NCBI GenBank assembly: GCA_965249275.1 | Contig: CBDFLQ010000006.1 | Location: 892,492-956,491, forward strand | Direction of reading: 5' to 3' | From: Dehalococcoidia bacterium | Lineage (GTDB): Bacteria; Chloroflexota; Dehalococcoidia; Plut-88900 | Length of the DNA stretch: 64,000 bases | Part shown: one piece after another, positions 1-10,411 of the stretch | Layout: each line of letters starts with the position of its first letter | How positions within the stretch are numbered: position 1 is the stretch's first letter | Program-made: the position numbers and the translations under genes | The notes under the pieces: model-generated | Told to the model about the DNA's origin: nothing | The model's database searches: none | The model's input: only the letters and a program-made list of their open reading frames with translations

Positions 1-18
1 CCGTTCATGAAGCCGGGG

Positions 19-339
19 TTACCATTTCATCCGGCTTAGTTCGTCCACGTTCACCGAGGACCGGTTCCTGTACAACCTGAGCACTATGCCCAAGGCCAGC
101 CCGACCTCCGCGGCAGCTATGGTTATGACAAAGATTGCGAATATGAAGCCCAGGTGTTTTTCAGTCTCACCCCTCGGTACCAGGTACGTCGAAAAGGCAA
201 TAAGGTTAATGTTCACGGCCTGGAGCATAAGCTCGATGGACATGAGGATCAGTACGGCGTTCCTGCGTACCAGGACCCCGTAAGCGCCCACGGCAAAGAG
301 AGCGGCGGCCAGAATGAGATAGTATTCGATCTCTATCAA
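19..339 (-). CDS. nuoK: NADH-quinone oxidoreductase subunit K
   Basis: Hydrophobic 106 aa; RRN..LMSIELM and IAAAEVGLAL motifs; operon order. Confidence 0.95.
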   Translation of the reverse strand: MIEIEYYLILAAALFAVGAYGVLVRRNAVLILMSIELMLQAVNINLIAFSTYLVPRGETEKHLGFIFAIFVITIAAAEVGLALGIVLRLYRNRSSVNVDELSRMKW

Positions 340-350
340 AGGCTAGGCTC

Positions 351-848
351 CTACTCCTCGGGCCCCGGGCGCGAGATAACTATCGCCCCTATCAGGGCCA
401 CCAGCAGCACTAGCGACGCGATTTCGAACGGTATGGCCCACTGCTGGAACAGCACCTCTGATATTGCAGTGAACCCCGGACGCTGAGGGTCCTCCACGGG
501 GCCCGGCCAGTCCGACATCAGGAATATCACCGTAAGCGCGGCGAAGACAGCACCCGTAGCCAGAAAGGCCAGCACGCGCTGGTTGTTGTCCAGCTTCAGC
601 GCCGACTCCCGGGCCCTGGTCAGCATGAGAGCGAACAGCAGCAATATCGTGATTGCACCGCCGTAGATCAGGACCTGGACTATCGCCAGGAACTCGGCGA
701 GCAGAAGGACAAACAGTCCCGACACTGCCAGCAGGGACAGAATAAGAAACAGGGCCGCATGGACCACGTTGCGTGCCGCAACCGTGCCCACAGCCCCGAT
801 CATGGTCATCGCGGCCAGGATGAAGAAGAAGACCAGTACAGTGGTCAC
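351..848 (-). CDS. nuoJ: NADH-quinone oxidoreductase subunit J
   Basis: RNVVHAALFL, AEFLAIVQVLIYGGAI, PFEIAS motifs; GTG start at 848 overlapping the nuoI stop chosen over the longer ORF-track start. Confidence 0.92.
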   Translation of the reverse strand: MTTVLVFFFILAAMTMIGAVGTVAARNVVHAALFLILSLLAVSGLFVLLLAEFLAIVQVLIYGGAITILLLFALMLTRARESALKLDNNQRVLAFLATGAVFAALTVIFLMSDWPGPVEDPQRPGFTAISEVLFQQWAIPFEIASLVLLVALIGAIVISRPGPEE

Positions 849-1339
849 TACTCTTCTTCGACCTTCCCTTCCGGCACGGCCTCCGGGTACGCCGGGCCAT
901 GCTTTTTTTCGTAGTCCGACCCCAGGGCGTGGAGGGCGTCCAGGTCGGCCCAAAGACCCCTGCGGCCATACTGTCCTATCTCGTGCTCCTGGGTCATAAC
1001 TATCGCATCGAAGTTGCACACCTCCACGCAGATGCCGCAGACAATGCACCGGGACAGGTCCAGCTTGAAGTCCTCGACCATCTTCTTACGCTTGCTCGTG
1101 CCCGCTTCGTAGTTCTCGTTCGGCTTCATGGTCACGTACATGCAATCGGTCGGGCAGTATCGGGCGCAGACCTGGCACCCGACACACTTGGACTCCCCAA
1201 TCACGTCGTCCCACAGCAGCCCCGGAAAGCCCATGAACCTGTCTGAAACCGGCAGGTGCTCCTTCGGGTACTGCACCGTCACCGGCGACCTGAGCATCGT
1301 CTTGATTGTCGTGGCGAGACCCTTGATTACACCTATCAT
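848..1339 (-). CDS. nuoI: NADH-quinone oxidoreductase subunit I (2x[4Fe-4S])
   Basis: VTVQYP plus CVGCQVCARYCP and CIVCGICVEVC ferredoxin motifs. Confidence 0.95.
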   Translation of the reverse strand: MIGVIKGLATTIKTMLRSPVTVQYPKEHLPVSDRFMGFPGLLWDDVIGESKCVGCQVCARYCPTDCMYVTMKPNENYEAGTSKRKKMVEDFKLDLSRCIVCGICVEVCNFDAIVMTQEHEIGQYGRRGLWADLDALHALGSDYEKKHGPAYPEAVPEGKVEEE

Positions 1340-2427
1340 GTCGCCAGCTTCTCCTTACGGACTCTCAAAGCCTCTTCGAACTTCGCCGTCCGTGATTTCT
1401 GCCGAATTCTGATCACCACCCCGCTAACTGCCAACAGCGCCATCGACATCAGGAACATCGACCACGAGGGCCACCCGTAGAATGCGTATATGCCCGTCAC
1501 CAGGATGTTGGCGAAGGTCAGGGGAATCAGGAACTGCCAGCATATGGTCATAAGCTGGTCTATGCGGAAGCGGGGCAACGTCGCCCGCAGCCAGAATATC
1601 GCCATGATTATCGCAGTAGTCTTGATTGCGAACCAGATCACACCCGGGAGGAAAGGCCCGCTCCAGCCTCCCAGGAACAGCACCGTGGCCAGCGCCCCGA
1701 TGGCGAAGGTGTTGGCATACTCGGCGAGGAAGAATATGGACCAGTGCATGCCGCTGTACTCGACGTACGGCCCACCGACTATCTCCGACTCCGCAGTCGC
1801 TATGTCGAAGGGCGTGCGTCCTAACTCAGCCAGTCCCGCCACCAGAAAGACGACCAGGCCCAGGGGCTGCAGATAGACGTAGGGATAGCTTCCCTGGCCC
1901 AGGACTATCTCCCGCATGTCCAGGGTCCCGGCCAGCATTACTACCGCAAGTATCACCAGGATTATCGGCAGCTCATAGCTGATGAGCTGCGCCGCGGCTC
2001 TGGCCCCGCCAATTAGGGCGTATTTGTTGTTGGACCCCCAGCTCGCCATGATGATCCCGACAATCGACACCACGGTCACCGCGATGATGTAGAGGATCCC
2101 GTACTCCAGGTTCCTGACGACGAGGTCCTCGGTGAAGGGTATGGTGACCCACAATATGAACGCTGGTACAAAGACGATAATCGGCGCAATCCAGAAGGCT
2201 GACCTGTCCCGAACGGAGGGTGTTATATCCTCCTTGAGGAGCAGCTTCAGGGCGTCGGCGATAGGCTGGAAGATGCCGTGAAAGCCGGTCCGCATCGGGC
2301 CCATCCTCATCTGGAAACGACCCAGGACCTTGCGCTCGAGGTACGTGAGCAGCAACACCACCACCGTGATCAGCCCGATGATGGCTAGCACCTTCAGAAC
2401 AGTGAAGAGGACGTCCAGCCAGCTCAA
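1336..2427 (-). CDS. nuoH: NADH-quinone oxidoreductase subunit H
   Basis: ERKVLGRFQMRMGP, ADALKLLLKED, RTPFD..AESE, RFRIDQ motifs. Confidence 0.97.
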   Translation of the reverse strand: MSWLDVLFTVLKVLAIIGLITVVVLLLTYLERKVLGRFQMRMGPMRTGFHGIFQPIADALKLLLKEDITPSVRDRSAFWIAPIIVFVPAFILWVTIPFTEDLVVRNLEYGILYIIAVTVVSIVGIIMASWGSNNKYALIGGARAAAQLISYELPIILVILAVVMLAGTLDMREIVLGQGSYPYVYLQPLGLVVFLVAGLAELGRTPFDIATAESEIVGGPYVEYSGMHWSIFFLAEYANTFAIGALATVLFLGGWSGPFLPGVIWFAIKTTAIIMAIFWLRATLPRFRIDQLMTICWQFLIPLTFANILVTGIYAFYGWPSWSMFLMSMALLAVSGVVIRIRQKSRTAKFEEALRVRKEKLAT

Positions 2428-3536
2428 CGGTCGACGTCTCCCAGCACTATGTCTATCGAGCCCAGTATCACTACCGAGTCCGCCAAGTAGGACCCTATGA
2501 GCATGTGTCTCAGCGCCACCAGGTTGCAGAAGGACGGCGTCCTCATCTTTATCCTGTGGGGCTTGTCCTTGCCCTCGCTCACCAGGTAGACGCCCATCTC
2601 ACCCCGGGGGTTTTCCGTCCGCACGTACACGTCGCCCTTGGGAGGGCGGAGGGTGCGGGGGGTCTTGGCCATAATCGGGCCAGGCGGCATCTGAGCCATG
2701 GCCTGCTTCACTATTTTGATCGACTCCCACATCTCCTCCATCCGCACCATGTAACGATCGAAGCAGTCTCCGCTGGCGCCAACAGGTACGTTGAAGTCGA
2801 ATCTCGGGTACAGGAGGTAGGGGTCGTCTTTCCGCAAGTCGTAGGCCAGCCCCGAGGCCCGCAAGTTGGGGCCTGTCACCCCGAAGTCGATAGCCGTCTC
2901 CGCGTCGATGACGCCCACGCCAATGGTGCGCTCCAGAAAAAGCTCGTTCTTGGACAGCAGGTCTTCGCACTCGGTGATGCCCTTTTCGAGCATCGGGAGG
3001 AGGGCGTCGAGCCTCTGGTTAAAGTCGTCCGGCAGGTCCCGAAATACACCTCCCACGCGGAAGTAGCCGTGCATCATCCGGGCACCGCTCACCGACTCGA
3101 AGAGGGCCTGCATCTGCTCCCTCTCCCGGAACCCGTACAGGAACGGGGTGATTGCTCCGCAATCTGCGCCGAAGGCGCCGTAGAAGAGCAGGTGGCTCGC
3201 TATCCGGTTCAGCTCGCACATTATCAGGCGGATGTACTGGGCCCGCTCCGGGACCTCGAGCCCCATCAGCTTCTCAACCGCCATCACGTAGGGAAGCTCG
3301 TTGTTGAAGGAAGATACGTAGTCGAGCCTGTCGAAGAGGTCGATGATCTGGCGGTAGTCCTCCGCCTCGCACAGCTTCTCCGACCCCCGGTGCAGATATC
3401 CGATGTGCGGCACGACGTCGACTATGTTCTCGCCGTCCACGGTCAGCACCATGCGGAACACACCATGAGTGCTGGGGTGCTGAGGCCCCATGTTCAACAT
3501 CATGTCGACAGTGTCGAGCGGCTGATCGATGGTCAC
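2424..3536 (-). CDS. nuoD: NADH-quinone oxidoreductase subunit D
   Basis: LNMGPQHPSTHGV, GYLHRG, terminal DVDR; GTG start at 3536 overlapping the nuoC stop. Confidence 0.96.
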   Translation of the reverse strand: MTIDQPLDTVDMMLNMGPQHPSTHGVFRMVLTVDGENIVDVVPHIGYLHRGSEKLCEAEDYRQIIDLFDRLDYVSSFNNELPYVMAVEKLMGLEVPERAQYIRLIMCELNRIASHLLFYGAFGADCGAITPFLYGFREREQMQALFESVSGARMMHGYFRVGGVFRDLPDDFNQRLDALLPMLEKGITECEDLLSKNELFLERTIGVGVIDAETAIDFGVTGPNLRASGLAYDLRKDDPYLLYPRFDFNVPVGASGDCFDRYMVRMEEMWESIKIVKQAMAQMPPGPIMAKTPRTLRPPKGDVYVRTENPRGEMGVYLVSEGKDKPHRIKMRTPSFCNLVALRHMLIGSYLADSVVILGSIDIVLGDVDR

Positions 3537-4051
3537 TGGGGCACCTCGATGTCGTCCGGTATCTGTATCTCGGCGAAGGGATACTCCTTGCGGCCCGGGA
3601 ACCCTTCGAACCCATCCCAAAGCAGCAGAGGCCGGGGGTCGGGGTGTCCCGTGTACGCTACCCCGAACAGCTCCGCTCCCTCTCTTTCGAACCATTCCGC
3701 GCCCGCCCATACCCGTGACACGGAGGCGAAGACCGGATTGTCCCAGGGGGCGCTGGCCTTGAACACGGCCCCATGCCCGAGGCTCGTGGAGTAGAGATGG
3801 TAGACGGTCTGAAACACGTCGTCATATTCGACTACGGAGAGGCAGCTCAGAAAGTCGAACCGGAGCCTCGGGTCTTCCTTGGCCATGCGGCAGATGACAT
3901 CGGCCTGTACCGGCTCTATCGACATCTCCACCTGGTTAAGGTTAAGGGTCGGTTCCCTGCCGGAGAAGACCTCTTTCAGAATATCGAGAGTCGCCAGCGC
4001 TTTGGGATCCGGCTCGGGGGGCGGGGGGCCCTTTTTCCCCTTGGGCGGCAT
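3533..4051 (-). CDS. nuoC: NADH-quinone oxidoreductase subunit C
   Basis: AEWFERE.AELFG..YTGHPDPR..L and FPGRKEYP motifs. Confidence 0.93.
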   Translation of the reverse strand: MPPKGKKGPPPPEPDPKALATLDILKEVFSGREPTLNLNQVEMSIEPVQADVICRMAKEDPRLRFDFLSCLSVVEYDDVFQTVYHLYSTSLGHGAVFKASAPWDNPVFASVSRVWAGAEWFEREGAELFGVAYTGHPDPRPLLLWDGFEGFPGRKEYPFAEIQIPDDIEVPQ

Positions 4052-4053
4052 AC

Positions 4054-4572
4054 CTAGGTCCCGACCTCGCCGCGCTCGCGCATGATCTTTTCCTGCAGCT
4101 TCAGGATGCCGTCCATAAGCGCCTCGGGGCGGGGGGGACAGCCGGGCACATACACGTCAACGGGGATAATTTTATCCACGCCCATCACCACCGAGTAAGA
4201 TTTCTGGTACGGCCCCCCGGCGCTGGCGCAGCTGCCCATTGCAATCACCCACTTCGGTGATGGCATCTGTTCATAGAGAAGCTTGATGGGCTCCTCCATC
4301 TTCTTCACAACCGTCCCCGCCACGATCATCAGGTCCGACTGCCGGGGCGAGGGCCACGGGACTATCCCGAACCTGTCCAGATCATGGTGCGACATGAAGG
4401 TGCTTATCATCTCGATGGCACAGCACGCGAGCCCGAACTGCAACGGCCAAAGGGAAGATTTCCGCGCCATGGCGAATATCTGGTCTGCCTTGGCAGTGAT
4501 GATGCCGGGGGCTGCGCTCTTGAACAGGCTCTTCCCCGGCCAGTTGCGCCGGTCGCCGGGGTTTACTTCCAA
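4054..4572 (-). CDS. nuoB: NADH-quinone oxidoreductase subunit B
   Basis: [30 protein letters not shown] motifs; start uncertain (TTG at 4572 with upstream AAGGGA proposed). Confidence 0.93.
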   Translation of the reverse strand: MEVNPGDRRNWPGKSLFKSAAPGIITAKADQIFAMARKSSLWPLQFGLACCAIEMISTFMSHHDLDRFGIVPWPSPRQSDLMIVAGTVVKKMEEPIKLLYEQMPSPKWVIAMGSCASAGGPYQKSYSVVMGVDKIIPVDVYVPGCPPRPEALMDGILKLQEKIMRERGEVGT

Positions 4573-4931
4573 CGGAGCATCCCTTTGCGCCAGCTGTACA
4601 GCAGACCGAAGAGCAGGATGGCGATGAACAGCATCATCTCGTAGAAAATGACGGGGCCGTTGCTCTTGAATATCACCGCCCAGGGAAACAGGAAGGCAGC
4701 TTCGACGTCGAAAATGAGGAAGAGGATGGCGAAGATGTAGTAGCGGATGTGGATCTGGGACCAGAATCGGCCCACGGGAGGGATGCCGCACTCGTAGGGG
4801 ATGTCTTTGGCCTCGGACTTGCTCTTCGGAGCCAGGAGCATGGAGCCAAGGAACGCGAAAAGCACCATCAGGGTGCCAGCAATGACGGCGATAAGAACGG
4901 CGGTGTATTCGAGAGAGTACTGTTCCGGCAC
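4563..4931 (-). CDS. nuoA: NADH-quinone oxidoreductase subunit A
   Basis: [27 protein letters not shown] motifs. Confidence 0.96.
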   Translation of the reverse strand: MPEQYSLEYTAVLIAVIAGTLMVLFAFLGSMLLAPKSKSEAKDIPYECGIPPVGRFWSQIHIRYYIFAILFLIFDVEAAFLFPWAVIFKSNGPVIFYEMMLFIAILLFGLLYSWRKGMLRWK

Positions 4932-5116
4932 GTGCCTTATTCGTTATCTAGGGCCCTAGCCTAGGCCCTGAGCAAATCCCTTTTAGTCGCGCTTACAGCC
5001 CTTCATAACAATGCCAAAATCGGAGGTGCTTTTCCGTCCGGCGGCCAAGCGAGATCGGAGTAGCAATATACCAATCTCACCCCCTCAACGTCAAGAAAAA
5101 CAACCACATAAAGAGG

Positions 5117-5139
5117 AGCGGTTGGCTAAGCCAACCGCT
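5117..5139. terminator. Perfect hairpin, probable terminator of the tmk operon
   Basis: AGCGGTTGGC-TAA-GCCAACCGCT inverted repeat just downstream of the small membrane ORF. Confidence 0.5.
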
Positions 5140-5183
5140 TATTCGTGTCCATTCTCATAGGGGCGGGGGAGTACCGGGTACAC

Positions 5184-5495
5184 TCACCCTCCCAGAGCCC
5201 GCAAGAAGAGCCCGATACTGTACGTCCCCACAAACACCGGCACCATCCCGATACTCGGGCGGATGTTTCTCTCCGTCTTCTCCAGGTACAGCCGAGCTAT
5301 CGCCACCAGCAAGACTATCATGATCAGGAACGCCACTAACGTCGTCACCCCGATGACCACGCCGACTATCAGCCCGCCGAGCGCCCACGCCAATAGCTCC
5401 GTGTCGGAGCGCCTCAGCGGGCCGAATATGCCCTTCTGAGCGTCAGGTTTATCGCTTCTGGCCTGCCTCTTTCCGGACTTTCTTCTAGGACTCAG
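5184..5495 (-). CDS. Small hypothetical membrane protein
   Basis: Hydrophobic segments; the frame is open upstream of the ORF-track start to a CTG overlapping the tmk stop; start uncertain. Confidence 0.6.
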   Translation of the reverse strand: MSPRRKSGKRQARSDKPDAQKGIFGPLRRSDTELLAWALGGLIVGVVIGVTTLVAFLIMIVLLVAIARLYLEKTERNIRPSIGMVPVFVGTYSIGLFLRALGG

Positions 5496-6226
5496 ATCAA
5501 CCTTCTATTCTCCAGGCTGTCCTGGTTTTCGGTTATATGGGTCATGGTTTTGGGCAGCAGCGGCTTTACCCTTTCCCATATCTCTGAGGATACGATATCC
5601 GAGGCCCGGCTGGCATCCACAACGAGCCATGTCCCCGGGTCTCGCCTGGCCTGCTTCAAGTACCCTTCCCGGACCCTCTTGTGGAATGTGATGTTCTCAT
5701 CCTCGAACTTTCGGCCCTCTTTGTCCACCCGGCCCCCCTGCCCCGCGTTCTCTTCCATCGAAAGCTCCGGTGCAAGGGCAGCGATGCGTTTCATGGCCTC
5801 CTCAGGCTCCATGTCCAGCAGTATCGTCAGGTCGGGCATGACATCTTTGGTAGCTATCAGATTGACGGCCTGGATCTGCTTTTGCGTCGGCCCACCTTTA
5901 CGACCCTCGTACCCGTAGCCCTGGTAAGCGATGGTGGAGTGCACGTAGCGGTCCGCGATTACTATGGAGCCCCGTTCCAACTCAGGCCCGATGTGCCTGG
6001 TTACCAGTTCCGCCCTCGCCGCCGAGAACAGGAGAAGTTCCGCAATTGGTGTCGGGGGGGTCTGGCCCTTGAGGAGCGGCCTGAGTTTTTCTCCGAGGGC
6101 CGTTCCACCCGGTTCCCTCACCAGCGAGCAGACGTAGCCTTCCAGCCTGAGTCTATCCCACAGTTGTCGGGCCTGAGAAGTCTTGCCCGTACCCTCGCCG
6201 CCTTCAAAGGTTATGAAAAGTCCCAT
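5492..6226 (-). CDS. tmk: Thymidylate kinase
   Basis: FITFEGGEGTGKT P-loop, REPGGT, ADRY..STIAYQG. Confidence 0.97.
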   Translation of the reverse strand: MGLFITFEGGEGTGKTSQARQLWDRLRLEGYVCSLVREPGGTALGEKLRPLLKGQTPPTPIAELLLFSAARAELVTRHIGPELERGSIVIADRYVHSTIAYQGYGYEGRKGGPTQKQIQAVNLIATKDVMPDLTILLDMEPEEAMKRIAALAPELSMEENAGQGGRVDKEGRKFEDENITFHKRVREGYLKQARRDPGTWLVVDASRASDIVSSEIWERVKPLLPKTMTHITENQDSLENRRLI

Positions 6227-6244
6227 AGGGTTTGACAGCCCAGC

Positions 6245-7789
6245 CTAATAGGGGGCCGGGTTCCTTCTGGTCGGCTGACCGCCGGGCCGCGAGATGTTAA
6301 CGTGCCGCATCGGGTCCGTCCCCACACTGAAAGATTCCAGGTTGGAACGCTCCGCCGTCTGGTGCTGAAGCCGCCGGATGAAGCTGCTCTGGGGGCTCAA
6401 CGCCACCGAGTCCTCTCCCGTCTCCACTTGCCGTACAGCGTCCTCAGCCTCCTTTATCGCCGAGTTTAACGGGTCGCCCTTCTTCTCCAGACCGAACACC
6501 GACATCAGGTACTGCTCAATCTGGCTCACGCTGCTGTGGCGCAGCACGAAGACGGGCACACCCTCGGCTTCCGCGGCCCGGAGGGCCTGGGGTCTCTTCC
6601 GGTAGAAGGTCTTCGTGGTTATCACAAGGTCGGCGTCCCGGAATCCCTCCACAAGGCTTACGGGGAGTTTCAGCTTCTTGATTACGCTTTCCATTCGACC
6701 ACGATTTACACCAAAAGAGTAGATGCGGGAAATCCCTGCCAGCATCTTAGGCCTGGGCTCGACGGACGGGCCAGGCGCCGGAGTCCGAGTCTCTACTTTC
6801 TTACTGACGTTACCTTCCTCGTCCAGCCAGCGCTCTTCCGGGGGCGCGGATCTCTGCCGCAACGTCAAGTCCACCGTCGTCGACACGTCCGTGTGTACTG
6901 CCACCTTGTCCCAGCTCTGTATCTCTACCACTATGTCGAATGTCGGGGGGGCCTTCCGCTCCAGAATGGACTTCTGCGTTCCTCTTCGCCGCGCCTCGTC
7001 ATCACCCAGCGTCACCGACTGAATGCCCCCGATCAGGTCCGAAAGCGTGGGGTTCTGGATCAGGTTGTCCAGGTTGTTCCCGTGGGCCGTGGCCACCAAC
7101 TGCACGCCCCGCTCCCCTATCGTTCGGGCGGCGGTTGCCTCAAGCTCCGTGCCTATCTCATCGATGATGATCACCTGGGGCATGTGGTTCTCCACGGCCT
7201 CAATCATCACGGCATGTTGAAAGGCGGGGGTCGGGACCTGCATCCGGCGTGCCCGCCCTATGGCCGGATGGGGAATGTCTCCATCTCCGGCTATCTCGTT
7301 GGAAGTGTCCACGATGACGACCCGCTTCCGCATGTCGTCAGCCAGCACCCGTGCCACCTCCCGCAGCATCGTCGTCTTCCCGACACCCGGTCTCCCCAGG
7401 AGCAGAATGCTCTTGCCCGACTTTACCAGGTCATCAATAACCCGTATTGTGCCGTAGACCGCCCGCCCGACCCGGCAGGTCAACCCAACGATATTACCCT
7501 TCCGGTTCCTTAGCGCCGAGATTCGGTGCAGCGTCCTTTCGATTCCCGCCCGGTTGTCATCCCCGAAGCTGCCTATCCGCTCCGCGACGAAGTCCAGTTC
7601 CTCCTGAGTCACCTCGGTGTCCTGAAGGTATGCCTCTCCGTCAGGGAAGCGGGCCTCGGGCTTCCGGCCCAGGTCCATGACCACTTCCAACAGCTCCTTC
7701 CCGTCCTGCCGTTCCCGCAGCCGCTCCTGCAGGTGAGACGGCAGAGTCTGGAGCAGCGCCCCCAGATCGTCCGTTATCTGTTTTTCCAT
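6245..7789 (-). CDS. Ycf45/SpoIIIAA-like AAA ATPase with C-terminal R3H domain
   Basis: GRPGVGKTT Walker A, VDTSNEIAGDG, IIIDEIG, and R3H-like RRLQH near the C-terminus. Confidence 0.88.
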   Translation of the reverse strand: MEKQITDDLGALLQTLPSHLQERLRERQDGKELLEVVMDLGRKPEARFPDGEAYLQDTEVTQEELDFVAERIGSFGDDNRAGIERTLHRISALRNRKGNIVGLTCRVGRAVYGTIRVIDDLVKSGKSILLLGRPGVGKTTMLREVARVLADDMRKRVVIVDTSNEIAGDGDIPHPAIGRARRMQVPTPAFQHAVMIEAVENHMPQVIIIDEIGTELEATAARTIGERGVQLVATAHGNNLDNLIQNPTLSDLIGGIQSVTLGDDEARRRGTQKSILERKAPPTFDIVVEIQSWDKVAVHTDVSTTVDLTLRQRSAPPEERWLDEEGNVSKKVETRTPAPGPSVEPRPKMLAGISRIYSFGVNRGRMESVIKKLKLPVSLVEGFRDADLVITTKTFYRKRPQALRAAEAEGVPVFVLRHSSVSQIEQYLMSVFGLEKKGDPLNSAIKEAEDAVRQVETGEDSVALSPQSSFIRRLQHQTAERSNLESFSVGTDPMRHVNISRPGGQPTRRNPAPY

Positions 7790-7812
7790 TCCCGTTTAAC
7801 CGCCTATTGCTG

Positions 7813-8748
7813 CTATTCCGCACCTATGGGCACCAGAGAAGGCCGCTTGATCTTGGCCGTAACGTTTCGCACCCCCCTGGAATATTCCTGCACCAATGTG
7901 TACCCTCGGGCCTCCAGGGCTTGCATAAGTGGCGATTCGAACTCTGTGGCCATGCAGTGCACAGTCTCCAGGCCGGCCATCCGACTCTCCACCAGGTGCA
8001 GGATGTCGTCGGGGGATATCGAGGCCCCGGGCCTGATCATGATACTGAAGTAGCCCGCCCTCCCCTGCACCCGAGTCCCCACCCATCCCACCGTCAAACC
8101 CTTCTCCACAACAAAAAACTGCCCGGAGTTTCGTCCTGTCCAGTTTCCTGCCCGGGTCTGCCTCCAGTAATCAAGGGTCTGGCCCTCCACCACTCTCACG
8201 TGGAAAGGATACACGGCGTTGTAGAGCTGGAACACAGTGAACTCGTTGGATTGCGTCACCGGTTGCAGTTCAGCGTCCGTTCCACTGCCCGCAGTTTCCG
8301 TTCCGGAACGTGTGTCCCGACGGTACAAACGCTCCCGAAGATAAAAGGTAAATCCCACGGCCCGGACCCCGTCCCGGCACGGGCTATCTTCCGCAACCCT
8401 TATAAACAACCTGTCGACTCCCCGCCGGCCTGCGTTGAGGATAAGACCATTGAGCAGGTCCATGAGCGAATGCCCCAGGTCCGGGGAAAGGGCCAGGGAA
8501 CTCACCTCCCAAACCGTAGGGCTTCCCATATCCTGGGCCAGGGCCAGTCCCTTCACCTTGAATCCCCTGGTCAGGACGCAGGTGTGCCTACGGGGCGCGA
8601 GGCCCAGCAAGGGCTTGGGGGAGATTACGTCCAGCATGGACAGACGGTCCGAGCCCAGCTTCCTGTGGGGTTTCGCCTGGTTGGGCAGCTTTCCCATGCC
8701 GGAAAAGACCAGCCTGACCAGATCAAAAGGGCTGATGGTCCTTATCAT
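7813..8748 (-). CDS. Hypothetical protein, probable tandem GNAT-like fold
   Basis: Long ORF in the operon direction; WEVSSLAL and ALEARGY segments resemble GNAT folds; ATG start at 8748 proposed. Confidence 0.55.
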   Translation of the reverse strand: MIRTISPFDLVRLVFSGMGKLPNQAKPHRKLGSDRLSMLDVISPKPLLGLAPRRHTCVLTRGFKVKGLALAQDMGSPTVWEVSSLALSPDLGHSLMDLLNGLILNAGRRGVDRLFIRVAEDSPCRDGVRAVGFTFYLRERLYRRDTRSGTETAGSGTDAELQPVTQSNEFTVFQLYNAVYPFHVRVVEGQTLDYWRQTRAGNWTGRNSGQFFVVEKGLTVGWVGTRVQGRAGYFSIMIRPGASISPDDILHLVESRMAGLETVHCMATEFESPLMQALEARGYTLVQEYSRGVRNVTAKIKRPSLVPIGAE

Positions 8749-8806
8749 AGTCCCCGAGTCTGCTCGCCCGTCATCCGTATATGCGTGTACTCCGAACCGG
8801 GCCCCG

Positions 8807-9382
8807 TCAACGGCGGCCCATATCCAGGAACAACTTGTGGAACCGGGCATCGTCGGTGAGTTCGGGATGGAATGAGGTTACCAGGACGTTGCCCTGGCGT
8901 GCCGCCACCGGCGTACCGTTTTCCAGCTGGGTAATGAGATCGACTCCCGGCCCCATCCGTTCTATCCAGGGCGCCCTGATGAACACCGCATGAAATGGAC
9001 TTCCCCCCAACGCGGGGACAGGGAGGTCCGCCTCGAAACTGTCTATCTGAGACCCGAACGCGTTCCTTCTCACGTCAAGGTCTATAAGACCCATAGGCAC
9101 TAGAACGTCGCCAATCACGCGGCTAGAGGAAACAATCATGCCCGCGCACGTACCCCACAAGGGCTTACCGGACTCTGCGAACTGCTTCACGGGCTCCACG
9201 AGCCCGTAAATTTCCATGAGCTTCGTGATGGTGGTGCTTTCGCCGCCGGGGATCACCAAGCCGTCGAGTTCGTCAAGTTGCCGCGGCAACCGGACTTCCG
9301 AGGTCTCGACACCCAGGTCACTGAATATCTTACAGTGCTCGGCGAAGTCTCCCTGGATCGCCAGGACTCCTACCTTCTCCAT
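8807..9382 (-). CDS. pdxT: PLP synthase glutaminase subunit
   Basis: GVLAIQGDF, PGGESTT, GTCAG, FHPEL. Confidence 0.97.
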   Translation of the reverse strand: MEKVGVLAIQGDFAEHCKIFSDLGVETSEVRLPRQLDELDGLVIPGGESTTITKLMEIYGLVEPVKQFAESGKPLWGTCAGMIVSSSRVIGDVLVPMGLIDLDVRRNAFGSQIDSFEADLPVPALGGSPFHAVFIRAPWIERMGPGVDLITQLENGTPVAARQGNVLVTSFHPELTDDARFHKLFLDMGRR

Positions 9383-9406
9383 CAGAGAAGGGACACCTCC
9401 GCGAGT

Positions 9407-10288
9407 CTACCAGCCCCTGGAGGCCAGGAGAGCCTCCGGCGGCAGGTCCTTTGCAGACATCCCCTTCATCGGCGTTCCCAGGCCTTCCGAGACTCGAGCC
9501 ACGATGTCCGCGTCCTTGTAATGGGTCGTCGCCTCGACTATCGCCCGGGCCCTCGGGGCAGGGTCATCGGACTTGAAGATGCCGGAGCCCACGAACACAC
9601 CCTCGGCGCCAAGCTGCATGACGAGGGCAGCATCAGCAGGGGTCGCTATGCCGCCTGCGCAGAAGTTCACCACTGGCAACTTGCCGCTTTCCCTGACCTC
9701 GGCGACTAGCTCGCGGGATGCACGCATCTCCTCGGCTGCGATGGTCAGCTGGTCGTCATCCAGCTCACGCAGCCCTTCGATGCCCTCCGTAACAGTACGC
9801 AGGTGGTTGACGGCCTCTACGATGTCTCCCGTACCGGCCTCGCCCTTGGTCCTGATCATCGCCGCGCCTTCGTCGATGCGCCGGAGGGCCTCGCCCAGGT
9901 TACGGCACCCGCATACGAAGGGGACATTGAAGTTGTGCTTCCAGACGTGATATTTCTCGTCGGCAGGCGTAAGGACCTCCGACTCGTCAATGTAGTCGAC
10001 AGCGATTGCCTCAAGCACCTGGGCCTCGGCGAAGTGGCCGATGCGGCATTTCGCCATGACCGGAATCGTGACCGCGTCCTTGATGGCTTTGATTATCTCG
10101 GGGTCCGACATCCGGGCAACGCCGCCGTCCCTCCTGATGTCCGCGGGGACCCGTTCGAGGGCCATAACCGCGCATGCACCCGCGTCCTCAGCGATCTTGG
10201 CCTGCTCCGGGGTTACCACGTCCATGATCACCCCGCCCTTCAGCATCTGCGCCAGTCCCGCCTTTACTTTCCATGTCCCCTTGTCCAT
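9407..10288 (-). CDS. pdxS: PLP synthase lyase subunit
   Basis: [30 protein letters not shown]. Confidence 0.98.
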   Translation of the reverse strand: MDKGTWKVKAGLAQMLKGGVIMDVVTPEQAKIAEDAGACAVMALERVPADIRRDGGVARMSDPEIIKAIKDAVTIPVMAKCRIGHFAEAQVLEAIAVDYIDESEVLTPADEKYHVWKHNFNVPFVCGCRNLGEALRRIDEGAAMIRTKGEAGTGDIVEAVNHLRTVTEGIEGLRELDDDQLTIAAEEMRASRELVAEVRESGKLPVVNFCAGGIATPADAALVMQLGAEGVFVGSGIFKSDDPAPRARAIVEATTHYKDADIVARVSEGLGTPMKGMSAKDLPPEALLASRGW

Positions 10289-10411
10289 CTTAGCCCCTCC
10301 TTGGTCCTTTGCGACGGGATTCCGTCAAGTGCGAAATTCTCATTATGATAACGGAAGATATTCTATCATAACGCAGTTTTGGAGGGACGATCATCCCGGC
10401 CGGCCCCGACC

